Shown here in pieces: positions 38,319-47,462 of a stretch of DNA of 64,000 nucleotides. Where the stretch lies: the NCBI GenBank assembly GCA_963674735.2, contig CAXXQS010000003.1:132174-196173 (forward strand), in the 5' to 3' direction. The stretch is from Myxococcota bacterium (GTDB lineage: Bacteria > Myxococcota_A > SURF-8). Each line of letters starts with the position of its first letter. The stretch's first letter is position 1. A model generated the notes under the pieces. It was not told the origin of the DNA. It made no database searches and was given only the letters and a program-made list of their open reading frames with translations. The position numbers and the translations under genes are program-made.

Positions 38319-38350
38319 AAGGCGGCATCATCCGCCACCCTATAAACAAA

Positions 38351-38368
38351 GGCGGCCCGGAGGCCGCC
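38351..38368. terminator. GC-rich hairpin, possible bidirectional terminator
   Basis: ggcggcc-cgga-ggccgcc. It is flanked by aaacaaa on the plus strand, which is a T-rich tail on the minus strand. It lies between the convergent orphan gene and sdhB. Confidence 0.45.
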
Positions 38369-38640
38369 GTGAAAGCGAAGCGAAATTGGGTCGACGGATC
38401 CCTCGATACGCCGTTTGCCAAACGGCGACTCGGGATGAGCGAATTATGTTTCAATTAATCTATATGGATTGTTATTGCTTGAGCGATGGGCAACAAGTTG
38501 CCCCTCCTTCCACCCCGTGTTCGCCGACGGGTCCGGGCGGCGTCTCTCGATACGGCGATTTTCAAAACGCCTACTCGGGGTGAGTGATCGTGGTTTCATC
38601 TCCGTAATAACAGCCATGATACTGTTGCCGGGTTATAAGC

Positions 38641-39342
38641 TCAGTACTTTTCGAAGACCAGCCGTTTCTTGATCTGCGAGAAATGCCAGGTGAGGTTGAT
38701 TTCTTTGGGGCAGGCCTGCACGCAATTGAAAATCGTGTAGCACTTGAACACGCCCTTTTTGCTGTCCAAAATGCGCAGGCGTTCGTCCCCGGCGCGGTCG
38801 CGTGTATCAAAGATGAAGCGATATGCCTTCAGCATGGCCGCCGGGCCCAGGTACTCGGGGTCGGCCCATTTGGACGGACACGAGTAGGTGCAGGCTCCGC
38901 ACAGGATGCACTTGGTGGACTCCTCGATCTTGTCGAAGTCCTGCGGGCTTTGCAGCCGCTCGCGAGCGGGAGGCGGCTCGTCGTTGATCAGATACGGTTT
39001 GATCTTGTGATACATCTCCCAGAAATTGTCCTGGTTGATGGCCAGATCCTTGTCGATTTCCGCGCCCGGCAAGGCTTCGATCTTCAATTTGCCGGAGGGG
39101 TAATCCTCCACCAGGGTCATGCAGGCCAGGATGTTTTCGCCGTTGATGTTCATGGCGCAGGAGCCGCATACCGCGTGCCCGCAGGATTTGCGGTAGGTGA
39201 GCGTGCCGTCCTGGGTGCCCTTGATGCGGTTGAGCACGTCGAGAATGCGTTCTTCCGGATCGGCCTCGACCTGATAGCTGCGCCAATAGGGCGCGGCGTC
39301 TTTTTCCGGATCGAATTTCTTGATGGTGACTTCGAGATTCAT
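38641..39342 (-). CDS. sdhB: succinate dehydrogenase / fumarate reductase iron-sulfur subunit
   Basis: ATG at 39342 follows the SD 'ggagg'. 2Fe-2S 'CGHAVCGSCAMNINGENILAC', 4Fe-4S 'CILCGACTYSCP' and 'CYTIFNCVQACP' clusters. Confidence 0.9.
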   Translation of the reverse strand: MNLEVTIKKFDPEKDAAPYWRSYQVEADPEERILDVLNRIKGTQDGTLTYRKSCGHAVCGSCAMNINGENILACMTLVEDYPSGKLKIEALPGAEIDKDLAINQDNFWEMYHKIKPYLINDEPPPARERLQSPQDFDKIEESTKCILCGACTYSCPSKWADPEYLGPAAMLKAYRFIFDTRDRAGDERLRILDSKKGVFKCYTIFNCVQACPKEINLTWHFSQIKKRLVFEKY

Positions 39343-39407
39343 GGTTTCCTCCACCCGAACAACGCATCCGGGCTGATCATCGTTCGCTCGTCACGCCTAT
39401 GGGCTAA

Positions 39408-41153
39408 TCAGTAAACACGCTCTTTCGGCTCGTAACGCGAAATGAATACCGGCCGGAAGCTGAAATCCGGCTGGTCGTCCGCGCCCTTTTTCACCAGCGT
39501 GTGCTTGAGCCAGTTCTGGTCGTCGCGTTTGGGGAAATCGTCGCGGGCATGCGCGCCGCGGCTTTCCTCGCGTAACAACGCCCCGGCGGCGATGGTTTCC
39601 GCCGTCACCAGCGTATTCACCGTCTCCAGCGCGTCCATCAAATCGGTGTTCATCTTCGTGCCGTGATCCTGAATCGACAGGTTGGCGGCGCGTTTTTTCA
39701 GCTCGGCCAGATCGGCCAGGGCTTTCGTGAGGGTCTCTTTGGTGCGGAACACCGAAACGTTGTCCATCATGGTGGCGGCGCACAGGTTGCGCAATTCGTA
39801 ATTCGACTCGCCGCCGCTGTTGCCCATCACCGCGTCGATGCGCGCCTGGGCACGGGTGGCGGGTGCGTCGGGCAGGGCGGGGAACGTCATGGTGGGTACC
39901 AGCTCGACCAATTTCTTGCCCGCGCGGCGGCCGAAAACCACCAGGTCGAGCAGGGAGTTGGTGCCGAGACGATTGGCCCCGTGTACCGACACGCAGGCGC
40001 ATTCCCCGGCGGCGAAAAAGCCGTTGACCGGCGTAGCATCGCCGTCGCACACCACCTGTGCGTCTTTGTTGGTGGGGATACCGCCCATGGCGTAATGCGC
40101 CGTGGGGGCCACCGGGATGGGTTTGTCGGCCGGATCGAAGCCGAAATACACCTTCACGAACTGCTGGATGTCGGGCAGCTTCTTTTGAATCACATCGCGC
40201 CCGACGTGGCGCAGGTCCAGGTTGACGTAATCCTTGCCGCCGATGCCGCGTCCTTCTTTCACTTCCTGGAAGATGGCGCGTGACACCATGTCGCGCGGGG
40301 CCAGATCCTTGATGGTGGGGGCGTAGCGCTCCATGAAGCGTTCGCCCTTGTCGTTGAGCAGGATGCCGCCCTCGCCGCGAGCCCCTTCGGTGATGAGGAT
40401 GCCGATGCGGTACATGCCGGTGGGGTGGAACTGCACGAACTCCATGTCTTGGAGCGGCAGGCCCGCTTCGTACACCGCCGCCATGCCGTCGCCGGTGTAG
40501 GCGAAGGCGTTCGAGGTGGTTTTGAAGGCGCGCCCGTAGCCGCCGGTGGCGAACATGACCGCCTTGGCGTGGAAAGTAAACAAGCCGCCCTTGCGGATGT
40601 CGTAGGCCACGACGCCCGAAACGGTGTTGCTGTCCGCCGCGTATAGGAGATCGAGCACCTGCATTTCGTCGTAGAAATGCACGTGATGTTTGATGCATTG
40701 CTCGTAGAGCGTGTGCAAGATCGCGTGGCCGGTGCGGTCGGCGGCGTGACAGGAACGTTGCACCGGACGCTTGCCGAAATCGGCCGTGTGTCCGCCGAAA
40801 CGCCGCTGCGAGATGCGGCCGTCGGGAATGCGCGAGAAGGGCACGCCGAAATGCTCAAGCTCGATGATGGCGCGCGGGGCGTCGTAGGTGAGCACCTCGA
40901 TGGCGTCCTGATCTCCCAGATAGTCGCTGCCCTTGATCGTATCGTACATGTGCCATTCGGGGTTGTCTTCTTCGAGATTCCCGAGCGCGGCGCTGATGCC
41001 GCCCTGCGCCGCCCCGGAGTGGGAGCGGCTGGGGTAGAGCTTGGAGACGACCGCCACGTCCATGCTGCCGGTCAACGCGCATTCAAGCGCGGCCCGCAAC
41101 CCGGCGATACCGGCTCCGACGATCACCACGTCATGTTGGATTACCATCGTCAT
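39408..41153 (-). CDS. sdhA: succinate dehydrogenase flavoprotein subunit
   Basis: '[16 protein letters not shown]' and the covalent-FAD His context '[11 protein letters not shown]'. 581 aa. Confidence 0.95.
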   Translation of the reverse strand: MTMVIQHDVVIVGAGIAGLRAALECALTGSMDVAVVSKLYPSRSHSGAAQGGISAALGNLEEDNPEWHMYDTIKGSDYLGDQDAIEVLTYDAPRAIIELEHFGVPFSRIPDGRISQRRFGGHTADFGKRPVQRSCHAADRTGHAILHTLYEQCIKHHVHFYDEMQVLDLLYAADSNTVSGVVAYDIRKGGLFTFHAKAVMFATGGYGRAFKTTSNAFAYTGDGMAAVYEAGLPLQDMEFVQFHPTGMYRIGILITEGARGEGGILLNDKGERFMERYAPTIKDLAPRDMVSRAIFQEVKEGRGIGGKDYVNLDLRHVGRDVIQKKLPDIQQFVKVYFGFDPADKPIPVAPTAHYAMGGIPTNKDAQVVCDGDATPVNGFFAAGECACVSVHGANRLGTNSLLDLVVFGRRAGKKLVELVPTMTFPALPDAPATRAQARIDAVMGNSGGESNYELRNLCAATMMDNVSVFRTKETLTKALADLAELKKRAANLSIQDHGTKMNTDLMDALETVNTLVTAETIAAGALLREESRGAHARDDFPKRDDQNWLKHTLVKKGADDQPDFSFRPVFISRYEPKERVY

Positions 41154-41176
41154 CCCTCATTTTTCGTAGACGCCGG

Positions 41177-41530
41177 TTAAACCAGCGTGAACATACCGAA
41201 AACAAAGACCGCCAGCCCGAGCGCCCAGGCCGCCCAGGTTGCTGCCGTGCGCGCCAGATCGTTGCGCAGGTAGTCGTCGATGGCGTTGAGCACCCCGTTG
41301 ACACCGTGCGGAATCGCCAGAATCAGAAACAGCGCGTAAAACAGCTGCATCAGCGGATCGGCGTAGCGCGCGGCCACCTCGTCGGGCGTGAGCGCCACGG
41401 CTTTGAAGTCGGCCAGATTGAAATGCACCAGGAAGATGTGGCCCAAAAGCGTAACCAGCAGCAGGACGCCGGAAAAACGCTGGAAGAACCACCAGAAGGT
41501 GTAGCTGCGTTTGGCTTGCGTGTCGTTCAT
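41177..41530 (-). CDS. sdhD: succinate dehydrogenase membrane anchor subunit
   Basis: 117 aa from the ATG at 41530, with a 4-nt overlap with sdhC. Three TM helices with a conserved His ('LLGHIFLVH'). Position matches the sdhCDAB order. Confidence 0.75.
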   Translation of the reverse strand: MNDTQAKRSYTFWWFFQRFSGVLLLVTLLGHIFLVHFNLADFKAVALTPDEVAARYADPLMQLFYALFLILAIPHGVNGVLNAIDDYLRNDLARTAATWAAWALGLAVFVFGMFTLV

Positions 41531-41946
41531 GCCGCACCTCCGCCCATTTTGTGCAGCACGTGCACGGCCATCAGCCCGCCGAAGACGACCATCAGCAGCG
41601 CCCACACGGCCATCATCACGGCCCACAGGGCTTTGTGATAACGCGCGCCGTTGCCGAAGTCGATGATCAGCACCCGGATGCCGTTGAGAGCGTGATACAG
41701 CACCGCTCCCAAAAGGGCGATCTCCAGAAAGCCGAATAGCGGGTTGGTCAGCACGCCGTAGATTTTGTCGAATTCCTGCGCGCGCGCCACCGGGTCGGGA
41801 AGTCTGGCCGCCTCATGAAAGCCGCGGGTGACGAAGATGTGCAAGGTCAAGTAGAACATCAGCCCGAGACCGGTGAGGCGATGGAGCAACCAGGCCAGCA
41901 TTCCGGTTCTCCACTTATAGCGGATCAGATAGCTGTTGCTACCCAT
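41527..41946 (-). CDS. sdhC: succinate dehydrogenase cytochrome b subunit
   Basis: ATG at 41946 follows the SD 'ggagg'. 'WLLHRLTGLGLMFYLTLH' and 'YHALNGIRVLIIDF' heme-ligand helices. Confidence 0.8.
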   Translation of the reverse strand: MGSNSYLIRYKWRTGMLAWLLHRLTGLGLMFYLTLHIFVTRGFHEAARLPDPVARAQEFDKIYGVLTNPLFGFLEIALLGAVLYHALNGIRVLIIDFGNGARYHKALWAVMMAVWALLMVVFGGLMAVHVLHKMGGGAA

Positions 41947-42110
41947 GGAAACGCCTCCGATGCAAAAAAGTGAGTGTTCGTAACTAGTCGAAATGCCCAT
42001 GGATTAATGTCGTTGGCTCAGCTGTACCAAAGGAAGCGCCGCTTGTCAAGCAGCGAACTCACCTCCCGCTTTTTTTTGGCCCAAACACAGGTGAACGAGC
42101 CGTAACCCAC

Positions 42111-42293
42111 TGGGTGCATCACAAGATAGTGCCATTTCCGAGCACCTTCAAATCCGCTCTTCCCGAGTGATGCCCGCAGGGCCTTGTATCGAGGGATCGG
42201 GTCTGAAGACCGCGTGGTTCGATACAATTTGCCCCGTAAATCACTCACCATGAGCGGTTTTCACGATCAATCGCAATCTTTTGTGATGCACCC
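42111..42293. mobile_element. MITE-like non-autonomous element, copy A (183 bp)
   Basis: 12-bp terminal inverted repeats GGGTGCATCACA / TGTGATGCACCC. A perfect 8-bp direct duplication TAACCCAC flanks it at 42103-42110 and 42294-42301. It aligns end-to-end with copy B at 57071-57240. Confidence 0.75.
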
Positions 42294-42414
42294 TAACCCA
42301 CCGTTATTTTTGAAAAGGATTGTACTTTCCCCTGCGATGTCCTAATATGCGCCCTCGATTTGCCAGCGTATTCGACGTCGGCGAGCTAACCGGTAAGACA
42401 TTGGAGACTTCGTT

Positions 42415-44304
42415 ATGAACACCCACCCCCGTTATCTGTTTCTAGTTCTCATCCTCGTGTTGCACCTCCTTTTCTGTTTTGGCTGCGGGTCCGATTCGGA
42501 CACGTCCAGCGATGGTGACAGCGATGTCCCGTCCGACGGCGATAGCGACAGCGAAGCCGAACCGCAAGACATCGATCCCGACCTGGCGCTCAGCCTGCAG
42601 GCGATTCTGGACGAGCACGTGGTTTTCAGCGCCGATCCCGGCGTCACCCTGACCGTTCGGACCGATGACGGCCGCTGGTGGTCCGGCGCTTCCGGTATTG
42701 CGGAAATGCAGACTGATACGGCCATGACGCCCGACATGGGCTTCCGCGTCGGCAGCAACACGAAGCCGTTTGTCGCCGCCGTGGTTCTGCAGTTGGTGGA
42801 TGAAGGCTTGATCGGCTTGGACGATCCGTTGACCGACTACCTGCCCCAATACGAGCAATGGTCCGAAATCACGGTTCGGCAGCTGTTATCCATGCGTAGC
42901 GGCATCATCGATTATCTGAGCGTGTTTCAGCTGATGCTGGACAAAATCATGGATCCGGGCAGCCCGATTTCGCCTGAGGAGATTTTGGCCTATCTGGAGG
43001 ACGAAGAACTGGAATTCGCTCCGGGGACAGATGGAAAATATACCAATTCCAATTACCTGCTGTTGGGCATGATCATCGAGAACGTGACCGGCAACACCGT
43101 GGACGTGGAGATCCAAGCGCGTCTGGTGGAACCCCTGGGCCTGGAGATGACCTTTCTGGATATGACCGGCGCCATTCAAGAACAGGTCGCACACGGTTAT
43201 ATGGATCTGAGTCTGGTCGGCGTGATCTTCGGCATCTCGGCGGATGTAATCGGGTTTATTCCCGAGGACGCGCAGTACGACGGCACCATCGTGGATTGCT
43301 CGTACCTGTTCCACCCCTCCATCACTTGGGCGGCCGGTGCGTTGATCTCCAATTCCAGAGACATGGCCACCTTCATGTACGCGCTGCTTAACGGGGATCT
43401 GCTCACGCCGGAAACCCGGACGGAAATGATGAAAACCGAAGATATTTACCTGCTCGGGGCCCGTGTTCAATATGGACTGGGCTTGCAAAAACGGGAGAGC
43501 GAGCACGGTTTCCTGGTCGGACACGGCGGGCTCAACTTCGGTTACCAGGCCGGCACCTACTATCTTTCCGAAATCGGGTTGACCTTCTCGCACATGCACA
43601 ACTACCTGCCCGAGCAGTCCGATGGTCTGCAGGCAGAGCTGTTGAACCTGATGGTGGACGGCACGGACGAGCCCTTGTCCCCCTGCCTGCCGCCGGAAGA
43701 TTTCTTCCAGTCCGACAACGGGGTTTACGTCCAGGCACGCTTCAAGGGACCGCTCAATGAACTGGACGTCGAAGAGGCGGTCGGCGGCATCGCGCATATT
43801 ATTCAGACCGAGCCGGAAGAAGATACGGTGCCATTGTACGGCTGGGGATCGCAGTTCGGCTTCAAAAAACTTGGTTTGCAGACACGCCTCGACATCGATT
43901 CGTTCGGTCCGCCCATTTCGTCGGATGCGCAGGCCAGCTTGACCACGATCAGCCTCGATCCGGCGCTTCTCGATCAGCTTGACGAGATCGGCAGCTACAG
44001 CCTGAATCTCGCCGACGCAGGGGCGGTCATTACGACGGTCGCGGATCTGTATTTCGAAGAGGATACCACCGATCCCATCAAACTCTGCTACGTGGGTGTG
44101 ACGGATTTCACCCGCGAGTCCACAATCAACATCGGCAACCTGGATGCGTTTTCCGGCGAACTCGGCCAGACGATGAAGTTTTTCGGCAGCTTAGCCCTGG
44201 AGACGGATGCGACCGCCGTTGCCGCAACCATGGAAACCATCGGTCTTCCGGTTTGCTTGTGTATCGATGAAGACGAAAACTGGGGAGCGTGTCCGGTCGA
44301 GTAA
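42415..44304 (+). CDS. serine hydrolase (beta-lactamase/DD-peptidase family) lipoprotein with C-terminal unknown domain
   Basis: Lipobox 'FCFGC', acidic linker 'SDGDSDVPSDGDSDSEAE', SxxK 'GSNTKPF', YxN 'YTNSNY', and 'GHGG'. Confidence 0.85.
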   Translation: MNTHPRYLFLVLILVLHLLFCFGCGSDSDTSSDGDSDVPSDGDSDSEAEPQDIDPDLALSLQAILDEHVVFSADPGVTLTVRTDDGRWWSGASGIAEMQTDTAMTPDMGFRVGSNTKPFVAAVVLQLVDEGLIGLDDPLTDYLPQYEQWSEITVRQLLSMRSGIIDYLSVFQLMLDKIMDPGSPISPEEILAYLEDEELEFAPGTDGKYTNSNYLLLGMIIENVTGNTVDVEIQARLVEPLGLEMTFLDMTGAIQEQVAHGYMDLSLVGVIFGISADVIGFIPEDAQYDGTIVDCSYLFHPSITWAAGALISNSRDMATFMYALLNGDLLTPETRTEMMKTEDIYLLGARVQYGLGLQKRESEHGFLVGHGGLNFGYQAGTYYLSEIGLTFSHMHNYLPEQSDGLQAELLNLMVDGTDEPLSPCLPPEDFFQSDNGVYVQARFKGPLNELDVEEAVGGIAHIIQTEPEEDTVPLYGWGSQFGFKKLGLQTRLDIDSFGPPISSDAQASLTTISLDPALLDQLDEIGSYSLNLADAGAVITTVADLYFEEDTTDPIKLCYVGVTDFTRESTINIGNLDAFSGELGQTMKFFGSLALETDATAVAATMETIGLPVCLCIDEDENWGACPVE

Positions 44305-44388
44305 GACTGAGCGCTTTCGTGAAAACCGGATAAGCTCGACGGCGGCCGCCGTCACGACCCGTTCCCATTGCGACAGCTCGCGCCTGTT

Positions 44389-44406
44389 CCCCCGCTTTTG
44401 CGGGGG
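44389..44406 (+). terminator. candidate terminator hairpin
   Basis: cccccgc-tttt-gcggggg, 85 nt after the hydrolase stop. The T-rich tract is only partial ('gattttatt' 10 nt later). Confidence 0.4.
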
Positions 44407-44498
44407 CAGGTAGCTGATTTTATTCGTGGATTCCCCTTGGTGGGGACGTTGCGGGTATTGCGGGAATTTCGTTGTCGCGATCTATTCGGCGTGCGAAA

Positions 44499-45242
44499 CT
44501 ACTTCTTGCGCCGCTTGTCGGTGGGGGGAATGATGTCCACCATCGACGGTCGCACGGAATAGGACCCGGTTCCGCGCGGAGAGTTCGCAGCCGGTGGAAC
44601 GGGGGTTTGGGCGGGTTGTTCGGCCGTGCCGGAGCGTGCGTAATCCCGTTTTTGCCCCTCGGGAATGACGTATTCGACCTCGTCCAGGTCGACGCCCATT
44701 TCGCGGGTCGAGCGCATGAGACGCTGAATTTCTCCCACGACGTTTTCCATCTCCGGCTCTTCTTTCTCCGGGCGGGCGATCTTCACCAGTTTGCTCAGAC
44801 GGCTGTCGGCCTTGCGGACCTGATCGACCATCACGCGGGTGAGGTAATCCTGGAAGCGGAAGGCGAAGATTTCCTTCATGGAGAACATACGATCGAAATC
44901 GTCTTTCGAAAGCTCCAGCAGCAGCGAGCGTTTGACGGACACGCAGGTGGCCGAGCGCGGCTGGCCGTCGATCAGCGAAACCTGTCCGAAGAGTTGGCCG
45001 CTTTTGAGCATGGCCAAGGTTTGGTGGCCGCCCTGGGGCAGATCTTTGAGCACCGCCACAGCCCCGAAAACGACGAAAAAGCAGCTTTGTCCGCCCTCGC
45101 CCTCGCGGAAAATCACCTCATTTTCCTTGAAGCGGCGGTCCTTAAGGTGTTGCGCCAGCAGTAAAAGCTCATTCGGGTGGAAATTCTTGAAGATAGCGAA
45201 GGAGCGAAGAAAATCACGATGGCGGGTGACGGTGTCGTCCAT
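44499..45242 (-). CDS. cyclic-nucleotide-binding domain protein with charged C-terminal tail
   Basis: ATG at 45242 follows the SD 'gggagg'. CNB motifs 'FREGEGGQSCFFVVFG' and 'GQLFGQVSLIDGQPRSATCVS'. No DNA-binding or catalytic domain is evident. Confidence 0.8.
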   Translation of the reverse strand: MDDTVTRHRDFLRSFAIFKNFHPNELLLLAQHLKDRRFKENEVIFREGEGGQSCFFVVFGAVAVLKDLPQGGHQTLAMLKSGQLFGQVSLIDGQPRSATCVSVKRSLLLELSKDDFDRMFSMKEIFAFRFQDYLTRVMVDQVRKADSRLSKLVKIARPEKEEPEMENVVGEIQRLMRSTREMGVDLDEVEYVIPEGQKRDYARSGTAEQPAQTPVPPAANSPRGTGSYSVRPSMVDIIPPTDKRRKK

Positions 45243-45252
45243 TAAGCCTCCC

Positions 45253-45804
45253 TTACGACCCTCGTATTCCAAACAAATTCAAGAACTTGGAAACGCGTCC
45301 CTTGGCTTCGGTCGTCCCGGTTTTCACCTCGGGCTCAAACAGGGTGGCCGGATTCTCGATGTAATGCTGAATCTGTGTGTTGATGTCGCGCAGGCGCTCG
45401 CAGCAGATCAGGGCGATGGCGCGTAAAATCTTGTAAGCGGCCGGGCTCATTTCGGATTTCAGAATATCCAGATTGTCGCGGCGGACCTGATAGAGGGTGC
45501 CCGCCGTTTCGGCGACCAATGAAGCCGAGCGGGGCGCACCGTCGATCAGAGCCATTTCGCCGATCACTTCACCCTCGGACAGACGTGCAATGACGATCTC
45601 GCCACCGCTGGTGCGGCGTTTGACCTGCACCACGCCTTCGCGGATGATGTATAGGGAATCTCCCTCATCTCCCTCCTGGGTGACGACGTCGCCGGGTTTC
45701 ATGCGAACCCGGTTGGTGATGCGCAGAAGCTCGTCTATTTCCGGATCGGTGAGATCCTGAAAGAGCGCCACACGACTGAGAAAATTGTGGAACGTTTCGG
45801 CCAT
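45253..45804 (-). CDS. cyclic-nucleotide-binding domain-only protein
   Basis: ATG at 45804 (MAETFHNFLSRVALFQDL). 'TQEGDEGDSLYIIREG' and 'GEVIGEMALIDGAPRSASLVA' phosphate-binding cassette. Confidence 0.8.
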   Translation of the reverse strand: MAETFHNFLSRVALFQDLTDPEIDELLRITNRVRMKPGDVVTQEGDEGDSLYIIREGVVQVKRRTSGGEIVIARLSEGEVIGEMALIDGAPRSASLVAETAGTLYQVRRDNLDILKSEMSPAAYKILRAIALICCERLRDINTQIQHYIENPATLFEPEVKTGTTEAKGRVSKFLNLFGIRGS

Positions 45805-46072
45805 GGACCCGGCTCCCGTCCAATTGGCAATCGGCAATCGACATAATCCAATACTTTACGTTACGAAATCGGCTGCGGGAAGTCAAAGATAAAGTGACAC
45901 GCAAGTCTAATATCAACAAAGAGTTTATGGGAAAAGAGGAGGGGCTTGTTTCCGGCAGGGTCACGCGGGTGTTTGACCGGCTTTCGATCGGGAAAAGACG
46001 CAAGGCCGGGAGCCCGGATCGGCGAGATGCACCCCAACGCTGGAAATCGGAACCGGGTTTTACGGCTGCCGG

Positions 46073-46567
46073 TCAGATCGTGAATTGTTGCGGCAAAAAA
46101 CCCACCAGGGACTTGTCGCGCCCGGCCAGTTGCAGCATGTGGTCGTTGGCCGTGCGCAGCCGTTCGGACATGGCACGGCAGATGTTTTTGTAAAGGATGG
46201 TGGCGATGTTGGGATGTTCGAGACTCAGACGGCGGAAATCGTCGCGCGTCAGCGAGATCAATTCGGCGTGCCGGGTACAGCGAATCGAGGCCGAACGCGG
46301 GCGGCGGTCGATGAAGGCCAGTTCGCCGAATACTTCCCCCGCGCAAAACGAACACAACTGATGGTTGTTCAGCAATCCGGTGGAGACCAGGACAGAGAAT
46401 TCACCGCTTTTCACAACATAGAGGATGTCCGATTCGTCGCCTTCGCGGAAGACGTATTGACCTTTGGGACATTCCCATTCCCCGCAGACCTCGGCCAGCG
46501 CATCGATTTCGTCCTGATTCAAGCCGCGAAACAGGCGGACTTGTCGTAAAATATCGGGATCGACCAT
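46073..46567 (-). CDS. cyclic-nucleotide-binding domain-only protein
   Basis: 164 aa. 'FREGDESDILYVVKSG' and 'GEVFGELAFIDRRPRSASIRC'. Confidence 0.85.
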   Translation of the reverse strand: MVDPDILRQVRLFRGLNQDEIDALAEVCGEWECPKGQYVFREGDESDILYVVKSGEFSVLVSTGLLNNHQLCSFCAGEVFGELAFIDRRPRSASIRCTRHAELISLTRDDFRRLSLEHPNIATILYKNICRAMSERLRTANDHMLQLAGRDKSLVGFLPQQFTI

Positions 46568-46856
46568 GGTTTACCTCCTCGCCCGTGGTTTCCAGTGTGG
46601 GGAAGTGGTGGGGGAATGTCAAGCTTAACCGATCTCGCCGCGTGGTGATCCGTAACTCCACCAATTCTCTTTTGCTGGAATCCTTCACGGGATCCGCTGA
46701 CCCGAAATGGTGTGACGGCCGTCTGTGTCGAGGGGGCGGACGGACCGCCCGGGACGCGGTTTGTCTTTTTGCTTGTCGCGTTCGTTGCGGTTACGTTATA
46801 GTGAGAAAGCTTACAGCTTAGACGACCGGGGCGGGCAGCGACGGCGAGGTGGGACA

Positions 46857-47462
46857 GTGATCATCATCGGATTGACGGGCGGAATCGCCTCGGGAAAAAG
46901 TACGGTCGCCCGTATGTTCGCGGACATGGGCGCGCATATTCTCGATGCCGATCAACTCGCGCGTGACGTGGTCGAGCCCGGTCAACCGGCGCTGGCGCAC
47001 ATCGTGGATGCGTTCGGGCCGGAGATTCTAAGCGAGGCGGGCGAGCTTGACCGACGAGCGATGCGGACCCACATCTTTTTCGATCCCGAACGTCGTCGTA
47101 AGCTCAATGCCATCGTGCATCCCGCCGTGATGGACGAAGCGCTGCGACGCTTCGAGGCCGAACGGCAGGCCGGGACGGCGGTTTTGCTGTTCGAGGCGGC
47201 GCTGATCGTGGATATCGGAATCGCGGGTTTGTTCGACGTCCTGGTGGTGGCCGATTGTTCGCCCGCAGAGCAGCGGCGACGCCTGCTGGCGCGCGACGGC
47301 GTCGAGGCCGACGAGGCCGAACGAACACTGGCCGCCCAGGCGGATCCGGTTCTGCGGCGGGCGGCGGCGGATTACGTGGTGTCGACTGAAGGCTCGCTGG
47401 AGGCGACGCGCGCCCAGGTGCGGCGGATCTGGGCCGAGCTCACCGACAAAGGGGATGGATGA
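46857..47462 (+). CDS. coaE: dephospho-CoA kinase
   Basis: GTG at 46857 gives VIIIGLTGGIASGKSTVARMF..., the P-loop and fold signature of CoaE, ~201 aa. The long upstream extension of the ORF looks non-coding. Confidence 0.85.
   Translation: MIIIGLTGGIASGKSTVARMFADMGAHILDADQLARDVVEPGQPALAHIVDAFGPEILSEAGELDRRAMRTHIFFDPERRRKLNAIVHPAVMDEALRRFEAERQAGTAVLLFEAALIVDIGIAGLFDVLVVADCSPAEQRRRLLARDGVEADEAERTLAAQADPVLRRAAADYVVSTEGSLEATRAQVRRIWAELTDKGDG

Noticed and set aside
38254-38672. Small plus-strand ORFs (109 aa, 67 aa) between the orphan gene and sdhB
   Set aside because: They are Arg/Pro-rich or have no motif or SD. The region is better explained by stem-loops (38351-38368, 38410-38428) in a convergent intergenic spacer.
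42018-42251. 77-aa minus-strand ORF between sdhC and the serine hydrolase
   Set aside because: Most of it is read through the MITE-like element (42111-42293). A near-identical nucleotide stretch at 57071-57240 does not keep the frame open in the same way. No SD is present.
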